From an uncultured archaeon (lineage in GTDB: Archaea > Asgardarchaeota > Heimdallarchaeia > Heimdallarchaeales > Heimdallarchaeaceae), in assembly GCA_964549075.1 (NCBI GenBank), contig CAZJUB010000066.1, positions 1 to 14,874 of the forward strand: a DNA stretch of 14,874 nucleotides. Direction: 5' to 3'. The first letter of the stretch is position 1. The number at the start of each line of letters is the position of its first letter. The position numbers were made by a program, and so were the translations under genes. Below, in pieces: positions 1 to 7,256 of the stretch. The notes under the pieces were generated by a model. That model saw nothing but the letters and a program-made list of their open reading frames with translations, was not told the DNA's origin and ran no database searches.

Positions 1-68
1 ATTTCTCAATAATATTATTCAATAAACTCTAATAAATATTTTTTAGAAATTCTTCTTTGTCACTGAAT

Positions 69-81
69 AATTCTTTTAAGC
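69..81 (+). promoter_or_regulatory. Putative archaeal TATA box for ptrB
   Basis: TTTTAAG at 75-81, about 22-28 nt before the ATG at 103. Spacing fits a short-leader or leaderless transcript. The AT-rich background weakens the call. Confidence 0.35.
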
Positions 82-102
82 ATTTCTCATATTTATAGAT
101 AT

Positions 103-2151
103 ATGAGTGAAACTGTTAAACCTCCTATAGCTAAAAAAGAGCCGAAAATAACTAAGATACATGGTCTAGAATTAGAAGACGACTATTATTGGTTGAGATT
201 TAAAGAAAATCAAGATGTAATTGATTATTTAACAGATGAAAATAAGTATACTGAATTTAAAACTAAACATCTAAAAGCTTTCACAGATGAAATATTTACT
301 GAAATGAAGAATAGAATAAAAGAAGATGATGAAAGTGTTCCGTATAAGTATAAGGATTATTTTTATTATAATAGAGATATTAAAGGAAAGGAATACAAAA
401 TATACTGTCGAAAATATCAAAATTTAGACGCTGAAGAGGAGATTCTCTTAGATTTAAATGAATTAGCAAAAGGTTATGATTACTATAAGCTTCGCACTTT
501 CAAAGTAAGTCCAAATCAGCAACAATTAGCATATTCAGTTGACACAACAGGATACGAGAAATTTGTTTTATATATCAAAGATTTGGAAACAGGTGAATCT
601 TATGCTCCTGGTATTGAGAATATTGGGTGGAATTTTGAATGGGCTGATGATACTGTGATTATCTACAATATTCGAGATGAAGCGCAAAGACCATACATGC
701 TCAAACGTCATATTATCGGAAACGAAGTCGAACGAGATGAGATAATTTTTGAAGAAAAAGATATAGAAAGAAGAATATCAGTTTGGAAGGAGAAAGATTA
801 TAGTTACCTGTATATGCTATCAGAATCAACTTTGAGTTCAGAGATTCACTATCTTAATCTAAATACTCCTTTAGGAGAATTCAAGATTTTTTATCCTCGT
901 GAGGAAAAACATGAATATATGATCTCTCACAAAGATGAATATTTCTACATTGTTACAAATTCAGATGGAGCTACTAATTTCAAATTAATGCAAACTCCAG
1001 TAGAAAATACATCTAAAGAAAATTGGGTTGAGTTATTGCCTTATAATGAGGATATAAGGTATGAATATACTGAGTCTTTCAAGGATTTTCTTGTTATTTA
1101 TAAACGAGAAGAAGGACTCCCAAAGATAGATATCTATTTCGGAGAAAATGACAATAGAAACCACACATTAGAATTGCCAGAAACTGTCTATAGCGTCTGG
1201 AGCGATGAAAACCATGAATACTCTTCCGAATATTTAAGGATTAAATATACTTCTTTAATTACTCCTCTATCAACCTATGATTATTATGTTGATAAAAGAG
1301 AATTAGATCTGAAGAAACAAGAGGAAATCAAGAATTATAAAAAGGAAGATTTCTTGACAGAGAGAAGATTCATCACATCACGAGATGGAACAAGAGTACC
1401 TATCTCACTTGTCTATAAGAAAGATATCAAATTTCCAGCACCAGTGTATCTCTATGGTTATGGTTCTTATGGTATAAATATGGATCCTAATTTCTCACCA
1501 ATGATACTAAGTCTGACTAGTCGTGGTGTCGTATATGTGATTGCCCATATTCGAGGTGGGGGAGAGCTTGGGAGAAAATGGTATGAAGATGGAAAGATGC
1601 TTAAAAAGAAGAATACTTTCTATGATTTTATCGACTGTGGTGAATATCTGATAGAAGAAAATGTGACTACAAGAAATTCTCTTGTAATTGCTGGAGGAAG
1701 TGCAGGTGGTCTTCTTGTAGGTGCAGTTGTTACTATACGTCCGGATTTCTGTCACTATGCTGTAGCACGAGTTCCATTTGTAGACGTGATTAACACTATG
1801 TTAGATGAAAGCATCCCTCTTACTGCTCAAGAATGGAAAGAATGGGGAAATCCAAATATCAAAGAGCAATTTGATTATATGATTTCATACTCTCCTTACG
1901 ATAATATACAAGCTACCAATTACCCTCATATGCTTGTAACTTCTGGATTAAATGATCCACGTGTTGCTTTTTGGGAACCTGCAAAATTTGTAGCAAAACT
2001 TAGAACTCTTAAGACTGATAACAACGAGTTGTTGTTGAAAACTAATATGGGTGCTGGTCACCATGGCGCTTCTGGAAGATATGCTCACATGAAAGAAACA
2101 GCCTTTATCTATGCAACTGTCTTAGATAAAGTGGGATTAGTACCCAAATAG
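103..2151 (+). CDS. ptrB: Oligopeptidase B (peptidase family S9A)
   Basis: 682 aa. N-terminal PPIAKK..IHG..EDDYYWLR, YGYGSYG, HIRGGGELG, nucleophile GGSAGG, DESIPLT..EWGNP, catalytic Asp in NDPRV and His in GAGHHGASGR. Confidence 0.95.
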   Translation: MSETVKPPIAKKEPKITKIHGLELEDDYYWLRFKENQDVIDYLTDENKYTEFKTKHLKAFTDEIFTEMKNRIKEDDESVPYKYKDYFYYNRDIKGKEYKIYCRKYQNLDAEEEILLDLNELAKGYDYYKLRTFKVSPNQQQLAYSVDTTGYEKFVLYIKDLETGESYAPGIENIGWNFEWADDTVIIYNIRDEAQRPYMLKRHIIGNEVERDEIIFEEKDIERRISVWKEKDYSYLYMLSESTLSSEIHYLNLNTPLGEFKIFYPREEKHEYMISHKDEYFYIVTNSDGATNFKLMQTPVENTSKENWVELLPYNEDIRYEYTESFKDFLVIYKREEGLPKIDIYFGENDNRNHTLELPETVYSVWSDENHEYSSEYLRIKYTSLITPLSTYDYYVDKRELDLKKQEEIKNYKKEDFLTERRFITSRDGTRVPISLVYKKDIKFPAPVYLYGYGSYGINMDPNFSPMILSLTSRGVVYVIAHIRGGGELGRKWYEDGKMLKKKNTFYDFIDCGEYLIEENVTTRNSLVIAGGSAGGLLVGAVVTIRPDFCHYAVARVPFVDVINTMLDESIPLTAQEWKEWGNPNIKEQFDYMISYSPYDNIQATNYPHMLVTSGLNDPRVAFWEPAKFVAKLRTLKTDNNELLLKTNMGAGHHGASGRYAHMKETAFIYATVLDKVGLVPK

Positions 2152-2158
2152 TTTTTTT
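2152..2158 (+). terminator. T-tract terminator candidate after ptrB
   Basis: T7 run directly after the TAG stop. Confidence 0.45.
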
Positions 2159-2191
2159 GAATAATAAAAACATATAATATCTTGAAATTAA

Positions 2192-2806
2192 ATGATGTTT
2201 GAAATGAATTTCTCGAAACTTGTATCTAAAAGGAGAGCTTATCGAAAGCTCAAACCATTTGATGTAGAACCATCTATCATAAAAGAACTAGTAGATATAG
2301 CTAAATTAGCTCCTTCTTGTGATAATAAACAACCTTGGAGATTTGTATTTATCTATGATAAAGAGCAATTAAAAGAGATGAATAAGGCTTTTTATGAACA
2401 AAACAGATGGGTTAAAAACTCTTCATTATTAGTTGGAGTATTTTCTAAACCTGATTATGATTGTCGAGTTGAGAATCGTGATTATTATCTGTTTGATACT
2501 GGTATTGCAGTGTCATACATGATGTTACGTGCTACAGAGATGGGATTGGTTGCTCATCCGACTTCTTATTTCGATGAAACTAAAGCTAAAAAAATATTGA
2601 AGATACCTGAAGATATGAAACTGATAACAATTTTAGTTATGGGGAAACATGCTGAATCAGGAGAAATAAAATTGACTCCTGATCAAGAACAGGATGAATT
2701 AGGAAGACCTAAGCGTTTTAGTATCCAATATCTTAGTTACTTAAACAATTATTTAGAAGAATATGAGGAAAATAAAGAAAGATATAATCAGTTTTTATCA
2801 AAATAA
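2192..2806 (+). CDS. Nitroreductase family FMN-dependent oxidoreductase
   Basis: KRRAYRKL, LAPSCDNKQPWRF, DTGIAVSYMMLRATEMGL and a late RPKR FMN-binding segment. The true start may be ATG 2204 (MNFSKLV). Confidence 0.92.
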   Translation: MMFEMNFSKLVSKRRAYRKLKPFDVEPSIIKELVDIAKLAPSCDNKQPWRFVFIYDKEQLKEMNKAFYEQNRWVKNSSLLVGVFSKPDYDCRVENRDYYLFDTGIAVSYMMLRATEMGLVAHPTSYFDETKAKKILKIPEDMKLITILVMGKHAESGEIKLTPDQEQDELGRPKRFSIQYLSYLNNYLEEYEENKERYNQFLSK

Positions 2807-2808
2807 CT

Positions 2809-2842
2809 CCTTTTTCTTCTCTTTTTTTCAGTTCCAAAAAAA
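2809..2842. terminator. Bidirectional T-rich terminator region between convergent genes
   Basis: Pyrimidine/T tracts at 2809-2828 on + after the nitroreductase stop. A7 at 2836-2842 is T7 on - after the 85 aa ORF. Confidence 0.5.
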
Positions 2843-2843
2843 T

Positions 2844-3101
2844 TTAGAAAAGTATTGGAACTTCTATTATTGAATTATTATCCTCTTGGTCAAGAACGAC
2901 TGGTTCAATGCCAGTTAATGTAAGAAATTTTGTCATGTCTTTAATTATTTCATCTCTCTCTTTTTCTGAAGCAAGACAATTCAGTGCTTTAAAACGTATT
3001 ATTTCTAAATCCATGGGTATAAGGTTGTTTTGTATATAGAATTCAATTGGTTTCTCGTAAAAGTAGGGTATTATTATTTTGACAAATTGTTTATTTGTCA
3101 T
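2844..3101 (-). CDS. Small hypothetical protein (85 aa)
   Basis: ATG-start ORF filling the gap, with its own BRE/TATA-like box upstream and a T-tract downstream. No recognised motif. Confidence 0.7.
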   Translation of the reverse strand: MTNKQFVKIIIPYFYEKPIEFYIQNNLIPMDLEIIRFKALNCLASEKERDEIIKDMTKFLTLTGIEPVVLDQEDNNSIIEVPILF

Positions 3102-3120
3102 GTTTCTAATTAGTCAAATT

Positions 3121-3136
3121 CATATAAAACTTTTCG
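3121..3136 (-). promoter_or_regulatory. Archaeal BRE + TATA promoter for the 85 aa ORF
   Basis: The minus strand reads CGAAAAG-TTTTATATG, a purine-rich BRE followed by a TATA box about 21-28 nt before the ATG at 3101. Confidence 0.6.
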
Positions 3137-3176
3137 TAATAAATTGATTTTGAGAGAAAACTAATTTCGGTTCTAA

Positions 3177-4118
3177 TTACTCCATAAAATAGTTTGTGGT
3201 TGTATAACTCTCCTTAATTCCAACTTTACCGTCTTTGTATTGTGTTGCAAATTGACCACAGTTTGTACCTATCTCGTTCTCTTCCCAAGCACCAATACTA
3301 ATAGCTGCATCAAAACCTAGTTTTCGAAATTCTTCTACTAGTGGGAAGTATTCAGTATTTTCTTTAGTAATTCCGCTTTGAAGTTTGTTGTTTACTGCTT
3401 TACTTGTAGGATTAACCGGTGTAAGTTTAATCCAATATTTAGTTGGATCAAAGAGTTTTTGAATAATCTGAGGATCGATTTTTGAATCTTCTGCAACTGC
3501 AAAATTAAGAGTGATTCTTCTATCACCATCTTTAAACCATCTTTCTCCAAATTCAGCTATCTTTTTCAAAGACCACATGTTTTTGGTCATCCATTTTTGT
3601 CTCTCTTCTTCATCTGTAGAATGGATGGAGAATTGTAGCTGAAAATTGCCATTAGGATAAAGTTCATCTTTTATTAATATTAGTTCATCAAGGAATTTTT
3701 CTCCACCTTTAGGAGCTATTGTACTTATACAAGGCATTAATCCCATAGCTTCATATTTCAATGGAAGAATTTTCAGAACTTCTAGAACTTTCTCATTGAG
3801 TGTAGGTTCTCCCATACGAGCAAATTGAATTTTAAATTTATTGACTGGTATCTTTCCGTCTGGAAAACGGTTCTTAATCATAAAATCAATTTCTTTCAAC
3901 ATACCTTCAGCTGAAATGTTTCCGTGATAGTATTCTCCAGCATCGCACATTAAACAGCCAACAGGACAACCATACATGGTTGAAATGATTAAAACCCATT
4001 TTTTTTCTCGGGGAATAGGTGGTTGTAAACTTTCGACAAACTCAATAATTTTGCCATCATGTTTAGCAATATAAAGGATAGCTAAATCTTCTCTACCATA
4101 TTTACCAATCAATTCCAT
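3177..4118 (-). CDS. Radical SAM protein, RlmN/Cfr-like but atypical (no N-terminal domain, no resolving Cys)
   Basis: CxxxCxxC (C51, C55, C58; CPVGCLMC). ARMGEP matches RlmN MGMGEP, SIHS matches SLH, KLTPVN matches NLIPWN, and IGTNCGQF matches IDAACGQL. Confidence 0.88.
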   Translation of the reverse strand: MELIGKYGREDLAILYIAKHDGKIIEFVESLQPPIPREKKWVLIISTMYGCPVGCLMCDAGEYYHGNISAEGMLKEIDFMIKNRFPDGKIPVNKFKIQFARMGEPTLNEKVLEVLKILPLKYEAMGLMPCISTIAPKGGEKFLDELILIKDELYPNGNFQLQFSIHSTDEEERQKWMTKNMWSLKKIAEFGERWFKDGDRRITLNFAVAEDSKIDPQIIQKLFDPTKYWIKLTPVNPTSKAVNNKLQSGITKENTEYFPLVEEFRKLGFDAAISIGAWEENEIGTNCGQFATQYKDGKVGIKESYTTTNYFME

Positions 4119-4181
4119 TAGTAATTCACTTTACAAAATTTAGATACATTATTAAGAATTATTATGAGTGATAGTCTCTGT

Positions 4182-5111
4182 TTACCATATCTCTCTTGTG
4201 ATTCCGTAATTACCTTCTTCTTCTGTAGTTTTTTTTACTATTTTCATTGCAGCGTTCATTCCGTCCCCAATAGCAATTGATGTTTGTCTAAAGTTATCCT
4301 TCTTAACATCCCCAATATAGTACAGATTAGGAATTTCTTCATCTTTTTCATAAGCTTCTAGAAGCTCAGGACTTAACATAGAAATATTTGGCTCTCTTCC
4401 TATAGCAACAAGAATTAAGTCAGCAATTAATGGAATTATGTTCTCTTCTCTTTTAGAGGATAGAATGACTCTCTTGCTTTCAAATTTAATTTTTTCAGGA
4501 ATGAGATTAGTTAGAATGCTGATATTAGTTTGCCTTGCTACTCTCTCTTGTAATATTGGGATGCTTCTTGCTTTTCTTGATCTTTGAACTATTGATATAT
4601 GATTCGCTGAATCTTTTAGATTCATTGCATAGTCATAAGCAACATCGCCACTTCCAACAATTATGATAGTTTTATCTTTAACATTATTTCTAGCTTCATA
4701 ATTCTCATAATAAAGAAGTTTCTTTTGATAAGCTTCATCTTCATATGGAATATCCATCTTTATGGGGATTGAACCTGTAGCAATTATTAAATGATTACAA
4801 ACTATTTTATCTTTAGAAGTTCTAATAATAAATCTCTCTCTGAATAATTTAATCTCTTCGACAATTCCTTTAATCATAGGAATTTTAAAATTAGTAAATT
4901 GCTGTTTTAAGATTTTTACAAACTCTTCTCCGCTGATGCCTTTTGGAAAACCTACTAGATTTTCTATTAGGTTCGCATTCTTGATTTTTCCCCCAATTTC
5001 ATCAGAGATCAGCTTGATATCTATCCCATTTCGCATTAATTGGATTGCTGCTGTCAAACCTGCAGGTCCTCCTCCTACTATAGCTACATCAGCGTAAATT
5101 TCATCAGCCAT
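4182..5111 (-). CDS. Thioredoxin-reductase-like FAD/NAD(P)H oxidoreductase lacking CXXC
   Basis: GGGPAG FAD motif, IENLVGFPKGISG, ATG motif, GSGDVA second dinucleotide motif, VAIGREPN and GDV..RQ...A.GDG. Only one Cys in the protein. The start overlaps the upstream gene's stop by 8 nt. Confidence 0.88.
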   Translation of the reverse strand: MADEIYADVAIVGGGPAGLTAAIQLMRNGIDIKLISDEIGGKIKNANLIENLVGFPKGISGEEFVKILKQQFTNFKIPMIKGIVEEIKLFRERFIIRTSKDKIVCNHLIIATGSIPIKMDIPYEDEAYQKKLLYYENYEARNNVKDKTIIIVGSGDVAYDYAMNLKDSANHISIVQRSRKARSIPILQERVARQTNISILTNLIPEKIKFESKRVILSSKREENIIPLIADLILVAIGREPNISMLSPELLEAYEKDEEIPNLYYIGDVKKDNFRQTSIAIGDGMNAAMKIVKKTTEEEGNYGITREIW

Positions 5112-5751
5112 TCAAAATCGCCTCAGTTGCAACACATCTACCAAATCCGTGTGATATTGATTTAAGTGTACCTAAGTGTAGCTCTTCAGTATAGGTAGCA
5201 TTTGCATCCACAATGAATAATACTTCAAAATCCTTCATAAAGGCATCTCTTGCTGTTGTTTCACAACAAATGTGAGACATAATTCCAGTTACTATAAGCT
5301 GTTTTACCCCTTTCTCTCTCAGTGTTTTTTCTAAATCGGTTTTCTCAAAAGCACTATATCTAGTTTTAATGAATATCTCTCCAAGTTTTGTGTCAAATTC
5401 TGGAATGATTTCAGATCCCTCACTACCTTCTGTTACTGAATCCCTCCACCATTTGGTCATCATTTCTTCAGGTTTTTGAGTATCGATGTGTTGAGTAAAA
5501 ATAATTGGTCTATTATTAGTATCAAAGAAATCTAGTAATTTCTGTATGTTAGGTATAATCTTTACAGCTGTTGGTATGAATGCATGATTTTCTTTATCTA
5601 AGAAAAATTTTTGCATGTCAAGTACTAATAGAGCTGCTTTGGAAAGATCAAATTCAAAAGCAATGTATTTTTTCATTCTCTTACATTCTTGTATCCACGA
5701 TTCTATCTTTTGTTTCTGATTTTCAGCTGTTAGATATAGTTCTTTTTGCAT
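5104..5751 (-). CDS. Cysteine hydrolase (isochorismatase/nicotinamidase superfamily)
   Basis: Catalytic triad motifs LLVLDMQ (Asp), KTRYSAF (Lys) and GIMSHICCETTARDA (Cys), plus DANAT and LHLGTL. Confidence 0.92.
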   Translation of the reverse strand: MQKELYLTAENQKQKIESWIQECKRMKKYIAFEFDLSKAALLVLDMQKFFLDKENHAFIPTAVKIIPNIQKLLDFFDTNNRPIIFTQHIDTQKPEEMMTKWWRDSVTEGSEGSEIIPEFDTKLGEIFIKTRYSAFEKTDLEKTLREKGVKQLIVTGIMSHICCETTARDAFMKDFEVLFIVDANATYTEELHLGTLKSISHGFGRCVATEAILNG

Positions 5752-5791
5752 CAGAACAGTCTTGTAATTACACCTTAATATTTCTATTTCT

Positions 5792-6625
5792 CTATTTGTA
5801 GGCTAGAATACTTTCATTGTCTTCTGTTCTTTCTGTATAAAAACCACAATCTGTCAATCTTCTCTCAATCCCACTTATGAAATCTTTCCCTCTGTATTTT
5901 GCACCAGGTTTTCCTATATAGTGTAGCATTCTTCCTCCATCTCTTAAAACTCTATATAATTCTCGGTAGAATTTCGCAGAATAAAGCTCTCCTGCTAAAG
6001 AAAATCTAGGTGGATCATGGAGTATAACACTAAAAGAGCTATCTTCAAAGGTTGTTATCACTTCACTCGCATCATCATTAAGTAGAGTTATCCTGTTTTC
6101 TTCTATCCCTTTGAATAAATCTTGGGAATATGGATTATATTCAGCTATTTCTATTACATTTTGATCTTTTTCTATCGTAATAACTCTGGCTTTTTTCCTA
6201 TATGATTCGATAGCAGTATATCCTAATCCTGTACAAATGTCTAGAACATCTTCACCTTCAGCTACAGAAACTAAGTTTATTTTCTTACGAGCATCTTCTA
6301 AAGGTGTAAGGTATTTTGTTCTGTGCATCCTTATTCCATCAATTTCAAGAGTTGGTGCAGTGTTCTCTATTGGCTCTAATTTGTAGTAACTTTTATCAAA
6401 GAAAGCAATTATCCTTGGAGGATCCTCTACAATAAAAACTGCAGGATTCTTAGCTATTTTCTTAATAACCTCAGGTTCATAACTAATCTCACCAATGATT
6501 ATTTTCCCTCCTCTAAACCTTACTTCTTCTTGAGTAAATCGTAAGTCAAAAAAAGCTATAATAGAATCTCTTCCTTCTTCATAAGCTTCTAATATTTTTC
6601 TAGCTTCGAAGGAATCGATAAGCAT
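5792..6625 (-). CDS. Class I SAM-dependent methyltransferase, COG2521-type (predicted archaeal methyltransferase)
   Basis: PTLEIDGIRMHRT, motif I VLDICTGLGYTAI, TIEKD, motif IV HDPPRF, GELYS and VLRDGG. Confidence 0.88.
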   Translation of the reverse strand: MLIDSFEARKILEAYEEGRDSIIAFFDLRFTQEEVRFRGGKIIIGEISYEPEVIKKIAKNPAVFIVEDPPRIIAFFDKSYYKLEPIENTAPTLEIDGIRMHRTKYLTPLEDARKKINLVSVAEGEDVLDICTGLGYTAIESYRKKARVITIEKDQNVIEIAEYNPYSQDLFKGIEENRITLLNDDASEVITTFEDSSFSVILHDPPRFSLAGELYSAKFYRELYRVLRDGGRMLHYIGKPGAKYRGKDFISGIERRLTDCGFYTERTEDNESILAYK

Positions 6626-6655
6626 CTCTGATCAAGCTAGTCTCTGAACAAATAT

Positions 6656-6668
6656 CCTTTTAAGTTTC
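6656..6668 (-). promoter_or_regulatory. Putative BRE/TATA box in the divergent intergenic region
   Basis: The minus strand reads GAAACTTAAAAGG about 31-43 nt before the methyltransferase ATG. The same site reads CTTTTAAG on +, upstream of the divergent gene at 6699. Confidence 0.35.
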
Positions 6669-6698
6669 ACCTTCTACATAACAAAACAAGGGAAAAAG

Positions 6699-7244
6699 AT
6701 GGTATCCAAGAAACACGAAGCTATCGTATTCTATTTGTTACTAACTTCAATATTAGCTCTAGTAGCAGTTAGTATCTCTTTCAAATATTATTTCCCTGAT
6801 GAAACGTTTCTCTTCGAAGACAGTGGTACGATAGTAGCTACAGAAACCATTATTTATAATGGAACACTTTTTGATGTCCCACAACATATCTATAAGATTA
6901 CTCTGTCTAATTGTACTGCATTAAGTGATCCACTTCTTGCAGCAAATCTTAGAGTAATTATAAATGAAAACTATACTAGAACTTTGAATGGTCCTGAAGA
7001 TTATATGGTTTATAACGAAGTTTTTGATGGTAAAATTACAGAGTTAGTTTTAACTGATGCTGGATTATCAGTTAGCTTTAATATTGCATTTAGTGCCTTG
7101 AGAGATAGAAATCCTATTTACATCTCATTATCAATTGTAAGTTGTGTTTTAGCTTTATATTATTTCTATGTAACTGTTAATTTAAGAAAAGCAGAAAATA
7201 AAAAGGCATTTGAAGAGGTTAAAGATAAACAAGAATCTAAGTAA
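6699..7244 (+). CDS. Hypothetical membrane protein (two predicted TM helices)
   Basis: Hydrophobic segments near residues 8-28 and 140-160 flank a domain of about 110 aa. The C-terminal tail is charged and Lys-rich. Confidence 0.8.
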   Translation: MVSKKHEAIVFYLLLTSILALVAVSISFKYYFPDETFLFEDSGTIVATETIIYNGTLFDVPQHIYKITLSNCTALSDPLLAANLRVIINENYTRTLNGPEDYMVYNEVFDGKITELVLTDAGLSVSFNIAFSALRDRNPIYISLSIVSCVLALYYFYVTVNLRKAENKKAFEEVKDKQESK

Positions 7245-7256
7245 TAGACTTTTCTT

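Noticed and set aside
1507-1755. 82 aa minus-strand ORF
   Set aside because: Antisense shadow inside the conserved catalytic domain of ptrB, with no motifs.
3177-4118. Calling the radical SAM gene rlmN or the resistance gene cfr
   Set aside because: It lacks the resolving Cys and N-terminal domain, and MGMGEP is changed to ARMGEP. Orthology is unsupported.
4182-5111. Calling the flavoprotein trxB or a selenoprotein
   Set aside because: There is no CXXC and no in-frame TGA.
5580-5801. 73 aa plus-strand ORF
   Set aside because: Antisense to the hydrolase and the methyltransferase end, with no independent support.
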